From Vicinamibacterales bacterium (GTDB lineage Bacteria; Acidobacteriota; Vicinamibacteria; Vicinamibacterales; UBA8438): a DNA stretch of 64,000 nt. A program made the position numbers and the translations under genes. The notes beneath the pieces were generated by a model. The model was not told where the DNA came from, made no database searches, and was given only the letters and a program-made list of their open reading frames with translations. Every line of letters begins with the position of its first letter. Position 1 is the stretch's first letter. Positions 8,608 through 17,149 of this stretch are shown here, in pieces. The stretch is taken from assembly GCA_965242835.1 (NCBI GenBank), contig OZ251506.1, forward strand, positions 3,907,860-3,971,859, given 5' to 3'.

Positions 8608-9339
8608 TCATCCCCGGCGCGCCTGCAGGCGCTCGACGAACGCCGCGTGGTCCGGTTCGCCCAGGGCGCCCCGCTGCGCCGCCACGACGGCGGGCAGGTC
8701 GTCGCGCAGCATGGCGTCCACCGCCAGGCGGAGCCCGGGGAACACCCGGCTGCTCACCAGCCCGGAGGCGTCCGGCGTACGCGGCCGGTAGACGCCGTCG
8801 ACCAGCTCGAACCAGTCGAACCGGCGGTCCAGCGTGCGCCACACCAGGTACTCGCGCACGCCGTTGCGACGGTAGGCGCGCAGCTTGTCGTGCAGGTCGT
8901 ACGACGCGCTGCTCGCGGCGACCTCGGCGACCAGCTCCGGCGCGCCTGCGACGTAGTCGTCCTCGTCGACCCGCGCCTGCCCGCCGGCCTCCGGATCGAT
9001 GAACAACGCCGCGTCCGGCTGCGGCTCGTTGTCGAGATCGAGACGGATCGTCGGGTTGTCGTTGATCTGCACGCCCGGCGTCGCCAGAGCGTAGGTCCCC
9101 AGCCAGACGACGGTTGCGGCGTGCGGCCGGGCGTGGCTCCCGGAGCGCGTCGGTGACGGCACGTGGACGACCCCCTCGATCAGCTCCGCCTTCTTCAGGT
9201 CCGGCCGCGCCTCGTAGCGGCGCTCGAACTCGGCGCGGGTCAGGCGGTCGCCGTTTTCCAGCACCGGCGTCGAGCCGGCCGGCCGGTCCGCGGCGGGCGC
9301 GGGGGCGGACGAAACGTTCACCGATCCCATGACCGCCAT
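8608..9339 (-). CDS. Uma2-family (DUF820) endonuclease, tandem copy 1
   Basis: MAVMGSVNVSS...LTRAEFERRYEARPDLKKAELIEGVVHVPSP...EPQPDAALFID...APELVAEVAASSASYDLHDKLRAYRRNGVREYLVW: PD-(D/E)XK pattern of Uma2 proteins. The start ATG (9339) shares one nt with the TGA of copy 2. An alternative ATG lies at 9330. Confidence 0.85.
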   Translation of the reverse strand: MAVMGSVNVSSAPAPAADRPAGSTPVLENGDRLTRAEFERRYEARPDLKKAELIEGVVHVPSPTRSGSHARPHAATVVWLGTYALATPGVQINDNPTIRLDLDNEPQPDAALFIDPEAGGQARVDEDDYVAGAPELVAEVAASSASYDLHDKLRAYRRNGVREYLVWRTLDRRFDWFELVDGVYRPRTPDASGLVSSRVFPGLRLAVDAMLRDDLPAVVAAQRGALGEPDHAAFVERLQARRG

Positions 9340-10073
9340 CACCCGCCACGTTGCGCTCGCAGGCGCTCGACGAACGCCGCGTGGTCCGGTTCGCCCAGGG
9401 CGCCCCGCTGCGCCGCCACGACGGCGGGCAGGTCGTCGCGCAGCATGGCGTCCACCGCCAGGCGGAGCCCGGGGAACACCCGGCTGCTCACCAGCCCGGA
9501 GGCGTCCGGCGTACGCGGCCGGTAGACGCCGTCGACCAGCTCGAACCAGTCGAACCGGCGGTCCAGCGTGCGCCACACCAGGTACTCGCGCACGCCGTTG
9601 CGACGGTAGGCGCGCAGCTTGTCGTGCAGGTCGTACGACGCGCTGCTCGCGGCGACCTCGGCGACCAGCTCCGGCGCGCCTGCGACGTAGTCGTCCTCGT
9701 CGACCCGCGCCTGCCCGCCGGCCTCCGGATCGATGAACAACGCCGCGTCCGGCTGCGGCTCGTTGTCGAGATCGAGACGGATCGTCGGGTTGTCGTTGAT
9801 CTGCACGCCCGGCGTCGCCAGAGCGTAGGTCCCCAGCCAGACGACGGTTGCGGCGTGCGGCCGGGCGTGGCTCCCGGAGCGCGTCGGTGACGGCACGTGG
9901 ACGACCCCCTCGATCAGCTCCGCCTTCTTCAGGTCCGGCCGCGCCTCGTAGCGGCGCTCGAACTCGGCGCGGGTCAGGCGGTCGCCGTTTTCCAGCACCG
10001 GCGTCGAGCCGGCCGGCCGGTCCGCGGCGGGCGCGGGGGCGGACGAAACGTTCACCGATCCCATGACCGCCAT
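9339..10073 (-). CDS. Uma2-family endonuclease, tandem copy 2
   Basis: Protein identical to copy 1 except for the last ~6 residues (VERLRAQRGG vs VERLQARRG). The DNA is identical over ~700 bp (period 734 bp). Its start overlaps the copy 3 stop by 1 nt. Confidence 0.85.
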   Translation of the reverse strand: MAVMGSVNVSSAPAPAADRPAGSTPVLENGDRLTRAEFERRYEARPDLKKAELIEGVVHVPSPTRSGSHARPHAATVVWLGTYALATPGVQINDNPTIRLDLDNEPQPDAALFIDPEAGGQARVDEDDYVAGAPELVAEVAASSASYDLHDKLRAYRRNGVREYLVWRTLDRRFDWFELVDGVYRPRTPDASGLVSSRVFPGLRLAVDAMLRDDLPAVVAAQRGALGEPDHAAFVERLRAQRGG

Positions 10074-10801
10074 CACCCGCCACGTTGCGCTCGCAGGCGC
10101 TCGACGAACGCCGCGTGGTCCGGTTCGCCCAGGGCGCCCCGCTGCGCCGCCACGACGGCGGGCAGGTCGCCGCGCAACAGGGCGTCCACCGCCAGACGGA
10201 GCCCGGGGAACACCCGGCTGCTCACCAGCCCGGAGGCGTCCGGCGTACGCGGCCGGTAGACGCCGTCGACCAGCTCGAACCAGTCGAACCGGCGGTCCAG
10301 CGTGCGCCACACCAGGTACTCGCGCACGCCGTTGCGACGGTAGGCGCGCAGCTTGTCGTGCAGCTCGCACGACGCGCTGCTCGCGGCGATCTCGGCGACC
10401 AGTTCCGGCGCGCCTTCGACGTAGTCGTCTTCGTCGATCCGCGCCTGCCCGCCGGCCTCCGGGGTGATGAGCATGGCCGCGTCCGGTTGCGGCTCGTTGT
10501 CGAGGTCGAGGCGGATCGTCGGAGTGTCGCCGACCTGCACGTCCGGCGTCGCCCGGGCGTAGGTCCCCAGCCACAAGACGGTCGCGGCGCGCGGCCGGGC
10601 GTGGGCGACGGCCCGCGCCGGCGACGTCAGGTGGACGACCCCCTCGATCAGCTCCGCCTTCAGCTCCGGCCGCGCATCGTAGCGGCGCTCGAACTCGGCG
10701 CGGGTCAGGCGGTCGCCGTTCTCCAGCAGCGGCGCGCGCGGCGAACCGGCCGGCCGGGCCGCGGCGGGCGCGGGGGCGGACGAGACGTTCATCGATCCCA
10801 T
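10073..10801 (-). CDS. Uma2-family endonuclease, tandem copy 3 (diverged)
   Basis: MGSMNVSS...LTRAEFERRYDARPELKAELIEGVVHLTSP...APELVAEIAASSASCELHDKLRAYRRNGVREYLVW. The upstream ATG of copies 1/2 is ATT here. Confidence 0.8.
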   Translation of the reverse strand: MGSMNVSSAPAPAAARPAGSPRAPLLENGDRLTRAEFERRYDARPELKAELIEGVVHLTSPARAVAHARPRAATVLWLGTYARATPDVQVGDTPTIRLDLDNEPQPDAAMLITPEAGGQARIDEDDYVEGAPELVAEIAASSASCELHDKLRAYRRNGVREYLVWRTLDRRFDWFELVDGVYRPRTPDASGLVSSRVFPGLRLAVDALLRGDLPAVVAAQRGALGEPDHAAFVERLRAQRGG

Positions 10802-10809
10802 GACCGCAA

Positions 10810-11535
10810 TCACCCGCCGCGTTGCGCTCGCAGGCGTTCCACGAACGCGGCGTGGTCCGGTTCGCCCAGGGCGCCCTGCTGCGCCGCCACGACGGCGGGC
10901 AGGTCGCCGCGCAACAGGGCGTCCACCGCCAGACGGAGCCCGGGGAACACCCGGCTGCTCACCAGCCCGGAGGCGTCCGGCGTACGCGGCCGGTAGACGC
11001 CGTCGACCAGCTCGAACCAGTCGAAACGGCGGTCCAGCGTGCGCCACACCAGGTACTCGCGCACGCCGTTGCGACGGTAGGCGCGCAGCTTGTCGTGCAG
11101 GTCGTACGACGCGCTGCTCGCGGCGACCTCGGCGACCAGCTCCGGCGCGCCTTCGACGTAGTCGTCCTCGTCGACCCGCGCCTGCCCGCCGGCCTCCGGG
11201 TCGATGAACAACGCCGCGTCCGGCTGCGGCTCGTTGTCGAAGTCGAGCCGAACCGTCGAGTTGTCGCCGAGCTGCGCACCCGGCGTCGCCAGAGCGTAGG
11301 TCCCCAGCCAGATGACGGTTGCGGCGTGCGGCCGGCCGTGGTTCCTGAAGCGCGTCGGCGACGGCACGTGGACGACCCCCTCGATCAGCTCCGCCTTCTT
11401 CAGGTCCGGCCGCGCATCGTAGCGGCGCTCGAACTCGGCGCGGGTCAGGCGGTCGCCGTTCTCCAGCACCGGCGTCGAGCCGGCCGGCCGGGCCGCGGCG
11501 GGCGCGGGGGCGGACGAGACGTTCATCGATCCCAT
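10810..11535 (-). CDS. Uma2-family endonuclease, tandem copy 4 (diverged)
   Basis: MGSMNVSS...AELIEGVVHVPSPTRFRNHGRPHAATVIWLG...APELVAEVAASSASYDLHDKLRAYRRNGVREYLVW. An alternative ATG lies at 11550. Confidence 0.8.
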   Translation of the reverse strand: MGSMNVSSAPAPAAARPAGSTPVLENGDRLTRAEFERRYDARPDLKKAELIEGVVHVPSPTRFRNHGRPHAATVIWLGTYALATPGAQLGDNSTVRLDFDNEPQPDAALFIDPEAGGQARVDEDDYVEGAPELVAEVAASSASYDLHDKLRAYRRNGVREYLVWRTLDRRFDWFELVDGVYRPRTPDASGLVSSRVFPGLRLAVDALLRGDLPAVVAAQQGALGEPDHAAFVERLRAQRGG

Positions 11536-11820
11536 GATGCCGCGGCGCATGGCCGCGGAAACCGTGGCGGTCAACGATCCCGCCGTCGAGGTGAATGGCA
11601 GACGGCCATCCGACGCACGAGTACGAGGCGCGTTTCGGGCGGCGCCCATCGCCTCCGCCAGTATAGCGGCGGAAAACCGCGCGGTTCGATTCAGTCCAGC
11701 GAGAGCAGGCCGACCGGCGCGGGCCCGGGCCCCGGCCGCCCCGGCCGGCGTCTCAATCCGGCGGCGCGGCGCCGTCCGCCAGCTTCTCGGCGACCCTTGT
11801 TTCGTGTTCCGAATCGATGG

Positions 11821-14800
11821 CTACGGTGTCGGCTCCCCCCGGCGGACCTTCCGCGGAACGAGGGCGTCTTCCGGCAGGTCGAGCGCCGCGGCGAGATGCC
11901 GGGAGAATTCGCGGAGGCGTTTCCACAAGGTATCCACGCCGCGTTCACGGGCGTCGTCCCGGAACGCGCGCGCGGCCAGGATCACCTCCGCGTGGTACTT
12001 CGATTCACCCTTCACGCCGGCGCCACGCAGCGGCGGGCAGGTCATGCGCCACGCGCCGGGCACGTGGTCCGCGAGGAGATCGTCGAACCGCCGGCCGACC
12101 GGATTGTTCGGGTTCAGGTTCAGTGCGAACAGGAGAACCGCGGCGCGACCGGCCATCTCCGCCATCCGCGGCACGACCGCCGGCGCCTCGTCCGGCAGGA
12201 ACCGGTCGTAAGGGTCGAGGAGCACGAGGTCGCCACCCTTCGCGCCACGGACGATCTCACTGAACGCGGCATACCCGTCGTATCCACTCGCGCCGCGGCC
12301 CGGAAAGTCATCGGCCAACATCTGCAGGCCGCCCAGGCCGCACTCTTGAAGGCGCTTCCGTTTGGCCGGATCCTGGTCGGAGACCAGCACGCGAACGCCG
12401 GCGCGCCCGCAAGCATCCGCCACCCGCCGCACTACCAGGCCGCTACCGTAGTAGCGGCCGTGATCGATCTCGGACTGCGCCGATCGCAACGCGCATTCCT
12501 CCGGCAGGGACCGGACGCGGCGCGCCACTTCTGCACGGGGCGCGCTCCACGGCTCGCCGCCGAACGGATCGAGGAAGCGGAACGCCACCTTCGATTCGCA
12601 TTGCCAGCGGACGAACTCGGCGAGGACGCCGTGCTTGAGCAGGTCGCCCGCGTTCCCCATGTCGTACGGCAGGTCCACGTCGGGCCTCCGGCCTTCTTCA
12701 TGTCTCCCGGCGTCGAAAGTCGGTGACCGACCGCCCGAAGCGATCGCGCGCTTCAACAGGACGCGGCGCTGACGCGCGTGAAACCAGTCGCCGTGCGGCG
12801 CCGCGGCGGACAGCCCGACCGCCGCCAGGAACTCTTCACGCTGTGGAACGGGGAAGACCGTCGTCCGCTGCCGGAGCGTTTTCCGAAGCGATTCCGACAG
12901 GCGGACGCGCGCGAAAGACGCGGGATTCCAGTCCACGGCGCGGCGATTCCGGTACGGGCATCCATCGTCACCCGCGGCGGACTCACCAGGACCGACGACC
13001 CGGCCGTAGCGAAGACGGCCGACATCGAGCTCGGGCGTGAGCACGTAGTCGCCCTCGCGGATGCGGAACAGAAAATTGTAGTACTGCCCGGTGTAATTGC
13101 GGATGAGACCGGCGTTCCAGTCCGGATGCGCCTGCTCGCAAAGGCGCCGGATCTCGTCCCGGTCCTTCGCCGACGACACGTCGACCGTGCCTATGCCGGC
13201 GTAGCCGTTGGCGACGAAGTGTTCCGTATAACTCAAACTCCCTCTCTTGGCGCGAACCACCCAGACGGCGGCCGGCCGCTCGTTGTCGGTGGTGGATGTC
13301 TTTGGGTAACCGATCGCCGTATTGGACTTGCGGTGCGAGGCTTTCCCGACGTTCCCGACGTCCTCGATCTTCGGCCCGTCCTGGGAGGCCGCGCGCGGTT
13401 CGCCCGCGTCGGGTGAAACGTCGCCGGAACCGGCATCCGTCGCCGGCGCCGGAATCGACACGGCCGGCGGGGTATCGACCGCCGTGGCCGACGACGGCGG
13501 CCGGAGCGCCAGCCCGCGCGCGCTGAGACCGATCTCCGCGAGCAGGGTGTCGAGCGCGGCGCCGCCGGCGCCGACGGCCGGCGGCGGGTCCGGGACGGCC
13601 GCCGGCGGCGGGTCCGGGACGGTCTCGGGCCGCGACGCGGCCAGGAAGACCTGCCGCCACGCCCGCAGCATCTCCTGCGCGTTGTCGAACCGCTTGCCGA
13701 ATTCGCGGCGCAGCGCCCGCCCGAAGAACGCCGTCAGCCCCTCCCGGACCGCCGGCTCGAAGGCGTCCGCGTCGACCGTCGCCTCGCAGTCGAGCACCGC
13801 CGGCTCGCTGCGTCCGTCGCCCCAGCGCGGAAGCGACCCCGCCGCCATCTCGTGCAGCGTCACCGCCGCCGCGAACCGCTCGGCGTGCGTGTCCCAGCGC
13901 GGCGGCCGGCGTGCCGCCAGGAACGGGTCGAGGTAGGGGCGCGTGCCCGCCCGGACGTTATCCGCCGGCGTGCGCGCCAGCGAGAAGTCGAACAGCACCA
14001 GGTGCAGCCGGCTGCCCACCTTCGCCACGCCCAGGTTCTCCGGCTTGACGTCCCGGTGCGGAACGCCCTGCTGCTCCAGCCAGTCCACGGCCGCCAGCAG
14101 GTCCTCGCCGAACCGCTCCAGCAGCTCCAGGTGCAGGGAGCCCTCCTCGCGCAGGCGGTCGGCCAGCGTCTCCCGCCCCGCCCGCGCCATGAGCAGGCCG
14201 ACGCGATCGCCGAACCGCAACACGTCGTGCAGCTCCACGACGGACTGGTGGCGCAGCCGGCGCAGCACCTCCGCCTCCGCCTCCAGGCGGCCGTTGTCCT
14301 CGGACGACAGCGCGACCTTCAGCACCTGCTCCCGGCCGCCGCGTTCGACGAGCAGCGCCAGCGCCGTCGAGCCCCGGCCCAGCCGCCGCTTCACGGTCAA
14401 CCCGTGATCGAGTTCGTCGCCCGGGCGCGCCTCCAGCGGGTCCGGCCGGGAACGGACCTCCGGCGCCGTGAGCTCGTCCTCGACGGCCTCGAGTCCGGCC
14501 AGGAAGTCGGCCACCGACGCGAGGCGCAGCGACACGTCGGGATGGGTGGCGTCCTGCACCAGCCGCTGCAGCGACTCCCCCGCCCCGTCGAGCACGGACG
14601 AGATCCGCAGGCCCTGCTCACGGCGCAGCCGCTCGTTCATCTCGATCGGGCTCGACGCCGGCGCGCGCCCGGAGAACAGGTGGCAGGCCAGGGCGCCGAG
14701 CGAGAAGACGTCGCTCTGCTCGGCCGGCGCGCCGTGGCCGGTCACCGCCTCCGGCGCAAGGTAGATCCAGGCCGCGTCCTCGACCAGCGTCCCCAGGCGG

Positions 14801-15933
14801 GTCGCCCCGGACGTGACCGCGCCGGCCGTGCCGGCGCCGCGCGCCCCGGTCTGCCAGTTGAAGACCTGCACCCGCGGCAGCGCCGCGTCGGGGTCGAGCA
14901 CGAGCAGGCTCTGCGGCGACAGCGCCCGGTGCACCAGCCGCCTGGCGTGCGCGTGGCGCAGCGCCTCGGCGATCTGCCGCAGCAGATGGATCCGGACGTC
15001 GACGTCGAGGCGCTCCGCCCGCGCCGCGAGCCAGTGGTCGAAGCGCTCCGCTCCGTCGCGGTGCGCGAAGACGAGCGCCGGGCCGAGCGGATGGCCGGTG
15101 AACGCCTTCGCCGCCAGGATCCCCTCGTGGCGCACGTCCTGCAGGATCCGGTACTCGCGCTCCGCCGCCCGCGCCAGCGCCGCGCGCTCCTCGTCCGAGA
15201 CGCCGCGGGGCGCGCCGTAGATCCGCACCCGCGCCCGCTCGGACTCGACGGCGACGTGATGCGCGGTCCAGTCCTGGTAGCCCGGCCCCTCCAGCAGCAG
15301 TTCGTCGAGCCGGTAGTCGCCCACCTGCCGCGACCGCTGCGAGCGCCGGACGCCCGCCTCCTCCATCGCCCGCCGCAAGGCCCGCGCCAGCGGGGCGCGC
15401 CGCCGGCCGGCCGGCGGCGCGCCCCGCGTGAGCGCCGCGACGATCCCCGGCCGCTCGGCGCGCCCCGCCCCCGCGTCGCGGAGGTGGACCCGGCCGCGCA
15501 ACTCTTCCGGCAGCCGGCAGTCGACCGACTCGTGCGACAGGAAGACGCGCGCCTCCAGGAAGGGGCTCGGCACGGACCGCATCGCCGGCTGCCGCCGCAG
15601 CAGCGCGATCAGCTTCTTCGCCTTGCGGTTGGCCAGCAGCAGCGGGTTGTCGACGGTGCGGACCCGCTTCTCGCGCCGCCACGTCCAGACGCCCCGATCG
15701 CCCTCCACCACGCCGGGGGCGCTCTTGATCTCGACGAGGTGGAAGCCCTTCGGCGTCAGCGCCAGCAGGTCGACCTCGTTGAGCGACCCGTCGTCGGCGA
15801 TGAACTCGAAGTTCGTCCAGACCTGGTACGGCTCGATGTCCGGCAGCCGGCCGCGCACGAACGCCAGCGCGTCCCGCTCCCACGGGTATTCGGAGACGGT
15901 GATCTCGCGCCAGCGGGGGGAGGCGGCGTCCAT
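11821..15933 (-). CDS. 1370-aa NERD / pseudokinase / Ser-Thr kinase / reader-like domain / RlmJ-like methyltransferase fusion (PglW-like N-terminal two thirds)
   Basis: One uninterrupted, protein-like ORF. NERD-like aa ~15-150 (EVDLLALTPKGFHLVEIKS). Kinase-like aa ~205-485 with degenerate motifs (HRALSPQS, VFNW). Canonical Hanks kinase aa ~505-765 (VLKV, HRDVKPEN, DFS). Pro-rich linker. Small domain aa ~889-1035. aa ~1085-1325 RlmJ-like (GNAGDLLKH, FLDPFGG, YYGSG, LLDPYD). Confidence 0.85.
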   Translation of the reverse strand: MDAASPRWREITVSEYPWERDALAFVRGRLPDIEPYQVWTNFEFIADDGSLNEVDLLALTPKGFHLVEIKSAPGVVEGDRGVWTWRREKRVRTVDNPLLLANRKAKKLIALLRRQPAMRSVPSPFLEARVFLSHESVDCRLPEELRGRVHLRDAGAGRAERPGIVAALTRGAPPAGRRRAPLARALRRAMEEAGVRRSQRSRQVGDYRLDELLLEGPGYQDWTAHHVAVESERARVRIYGAPRGVSDEERAALARAAEREYRILQDVRHEGILAAKAFTGHPLGPALVFAHRDGAERFDHWLAARAERLDVDVRIHLLRQIAEALRHAHARRLVHRALSPQSLLVLDPDAALPRVQVFNWQTGARGAGTAGAVTSGATRLGTLVEDAAWIYLAPEAVTGHGAPAEQSDVFSLGALACHLFSGRAPASSPIEMNERLRREQGLRISSVLDGAGESLQRLVQDATHPDVSLRLASVADFLAGLEAVEDELTAPEVRSRPDPLEARPGDELDHGLTVKRRLGRGSTALALLVERGGREQVLKVALSSEDNGRLEAEAEVLRRLRHQSVVELHDVLRFGDRVGLLMARAGRETLADRLREEGSLHLELLERFGEDLLAAVDWLEQQGVPHRDVKPENLGVAKVGSRLHLVLFDFSLARTPADNVRAGTRPYLDPFLAARRPPRWDTHAERFAAAVTLHEMAAGSLPRWGDGRSEPAVLDCEATVDADAFEPAVREGLTAFFGRALRREFGKRFDNAQEMLRAWRQVFLAASRPETVPDPPPAAVPDPPPAVGAGGAALDTLLAEIGLSARGLALRPPSSATAVDTPPAVSIPAPATDAGSGDVSPDAGEPRAASQDGPKIEDVGNVGKASHRKSNTAIGYPKTSTTDNERPAAVWVVRAKRGSLSYTEHFVANGYAGIGTVDVSSAKDRDEIRRLCEQAHPDWNAGLIRNYTGQYYNFLFRIREGDYVLTPELDVGRLRYGRVVGPGESAAGDDGCPYRNRRAVDWNPASFARVRLSESLRKTLRQRTTVFPVPQREEFLAAVGLSAAAPHGDWFHARQRRVLLKRAIASGGRSPTFDAGRHEEGRRPDVDLPYDMGNAGDLLKHGVLAEFVRWQCESKVAFRFLDPFGGEPWSAPRAEVARRVRSLPEECALRSAQSEIDHGRYYGSGLVVRRVADACGRAGVRVLVSDQDPAKRKRLQECGLGGLQMLADDFPGRGASGYDGYAAFSEIVRGAKGGDLVLLDPYDRFLPDEAPAVVPRMAEMAGRAAVLLFALNLNPNNPVGRRFDDLLADHVPGAWRMTCPPLRGAGVKGESKYHAEVILAARAFRDDARERGVDTLWKRLREFSRHLAAALDLPEDALVPRKVRRGEPTP

Positions 15934-16073
15934 AGTCGGGTTCCGGGCTTCGTGCGCGGCGCGATCGGTTCGCGGCGGATCATACCGGCCGCGGCGCGGT
16001 CGATGTGCTACCGTAACGATCGACGCCGGAGCGGACCCGGCGGCGCGTCTTCGATTCCGAGGAGGGACGACCC

Positions 16074-17087
16074 ATGCGCAGACGCAGGCTTTCCGTCACG
16101 GCCGTGCTCGCCGCCGGCCTGGTGCTCGCGGCCGGGGCCGCGGCGGCCCAGGACGAGTCCTGGACGGCGCCGCGGACCGCCTTCGGCCACCCCGACCTGC
16201 AGGGGGTCTGGGCCAACAACAACGCCACGCCGCTGCAGCGGCCGGAAGCGCTCGGCGAGCGCGAGTTCCTCACCGACGAGGAGGTGGCCGCGCTGCAGTC
16301 GCGCGCCGAGGAGCTCTTCGCCCTCGACGGGGGCGACGCCGCCTTCGGCGACAGCGTCTTCACGGCCGCGCTGAACGAGGTGCGGAACTTCACCTCGCGC
16401 GACCGGGCCACCGGCAACTACAACCAGTTCTGGATGGTCGAGCGCGACTGGGACAACCGCACCTCGCTGATCGTCGATCCGCCGGACGGCCGGCTGCCCG
16501 CGCGCACGGCGGCGGCCGCGATGCGCGCCGAGAGCGCCGCCGCCCGGCGGCAGCGCCACGCGGTCTGGACCGACGACCGGAGCCTCGGCGAGCGCTGCGT
16601 CAGCTTCGGCGCGCCCCGCCTCGGCGCCGGCTACAACAGCTACTACCAGCTCTTCCAGACCCCCGACCACGTGGTCATCCTGATGGAGATGGCGCACGAC
16701 GCGCGGATCGTCCCGCTCGACGGACGCCCCCATCTCGACGACGGCGTCCGGCAGTGGCTCGGCGACTCGCGCGGCTGGTGGGACGGCGACACCCTGGTGG
16801 TGGAAACGAAGAACTACTCGCCGTTCGCCAACTTCCTGGGCGCGGCCGAGCACCTGCACGTCACCGAGCGCTTCACGCGGGTGAGCGAGGACGTGCTGCG
16901 CTACGAGGTCACGGCCGACGATCCGACCACGTGGGAGCGGCCGTGGACGGCGATGATCCCGCTGCGCGGCAGCCCCGACGCGCTGTACGAGTACGCCTGC
17001 CACGAGGGCAACATCGGCATGGAGGGCATCCTCGCCGGCGCGCGGCGCAAGGAGGCCCAGGAGGCGCAGGCCGCGGCGAACCGCTGA
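16074..17087 (+). CDS. secreted conserved hypothetical protein, YEYACHEGN-motif family (paralogue 1)
   Basis: Signal peptide (MRRRRLSVTAVLAAGLVLAAGAAAAQ). Motifs shared by 4 paralogues in the window: WTAPRT..G.PD.QG.W.N, NYNQFWM, DGR.P, DGRPH, W.GDSRG.W.GDTLVVET, YEYACHEGN.G. No family name recalled. Confidence 0.85.
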   Translation: MRRRRLSVTAVLAAGLVLAAGAAAAQDESWTAPRTAFGHPDLQGVWANNNATPLQRPEALGEREFLTDEEVAALQSRAEELFALDGGDAAFGDSVFTAALNEVRNFTSRDRATGNYNQFWMVERDWDNRTSLIVDPPDGRLPARTAAAAMRAESAAARRQRHAVWTDDRSLGERCVSFGAPRLGAGYNSYYQLFQTPDHVVILMEMAHDARIVPLDGRPHLDDGVRQWLGDSRGWWDGDTLVVETKNYSPFANFLGAAEHLHVTERFTRVSEDVLRYEVTADDPTTWERPWTAMIPLRGSPDALYEYACHEGNIGMEGILAGARRKEAQEAQAAANR

Positions 17088-17149
17088 CCCGCGCCCGGCG
17101 CAGCGTTCAGTCATCGAACGGCCGCCGCTCCGGTTCAAGGACCGGAGGG

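Noticed and set aside
4202-9349. 1715-aa minus-strand ORF (and similar 2429..4537, 5722..8127 and 10822..12726 ORFs)
   Set aside because: Extreme Arg/Ala/Gly/Pro composition. It runs out of frame across several genes whose own frames give clean family-level matches. This is a typical high-GC open-frame artefact.
9340-10083. Long N-terminal extensions of the Uma2 ORFs in the track (8608..10083, 9339..10574, 10073..11047, 10810..11649)
   Set aside because: The extensions are out-of-frame read-through of the preceding tandem copy (Arg/Gly-rich). Conserved MGS[VM]NVSS starts are used instead.
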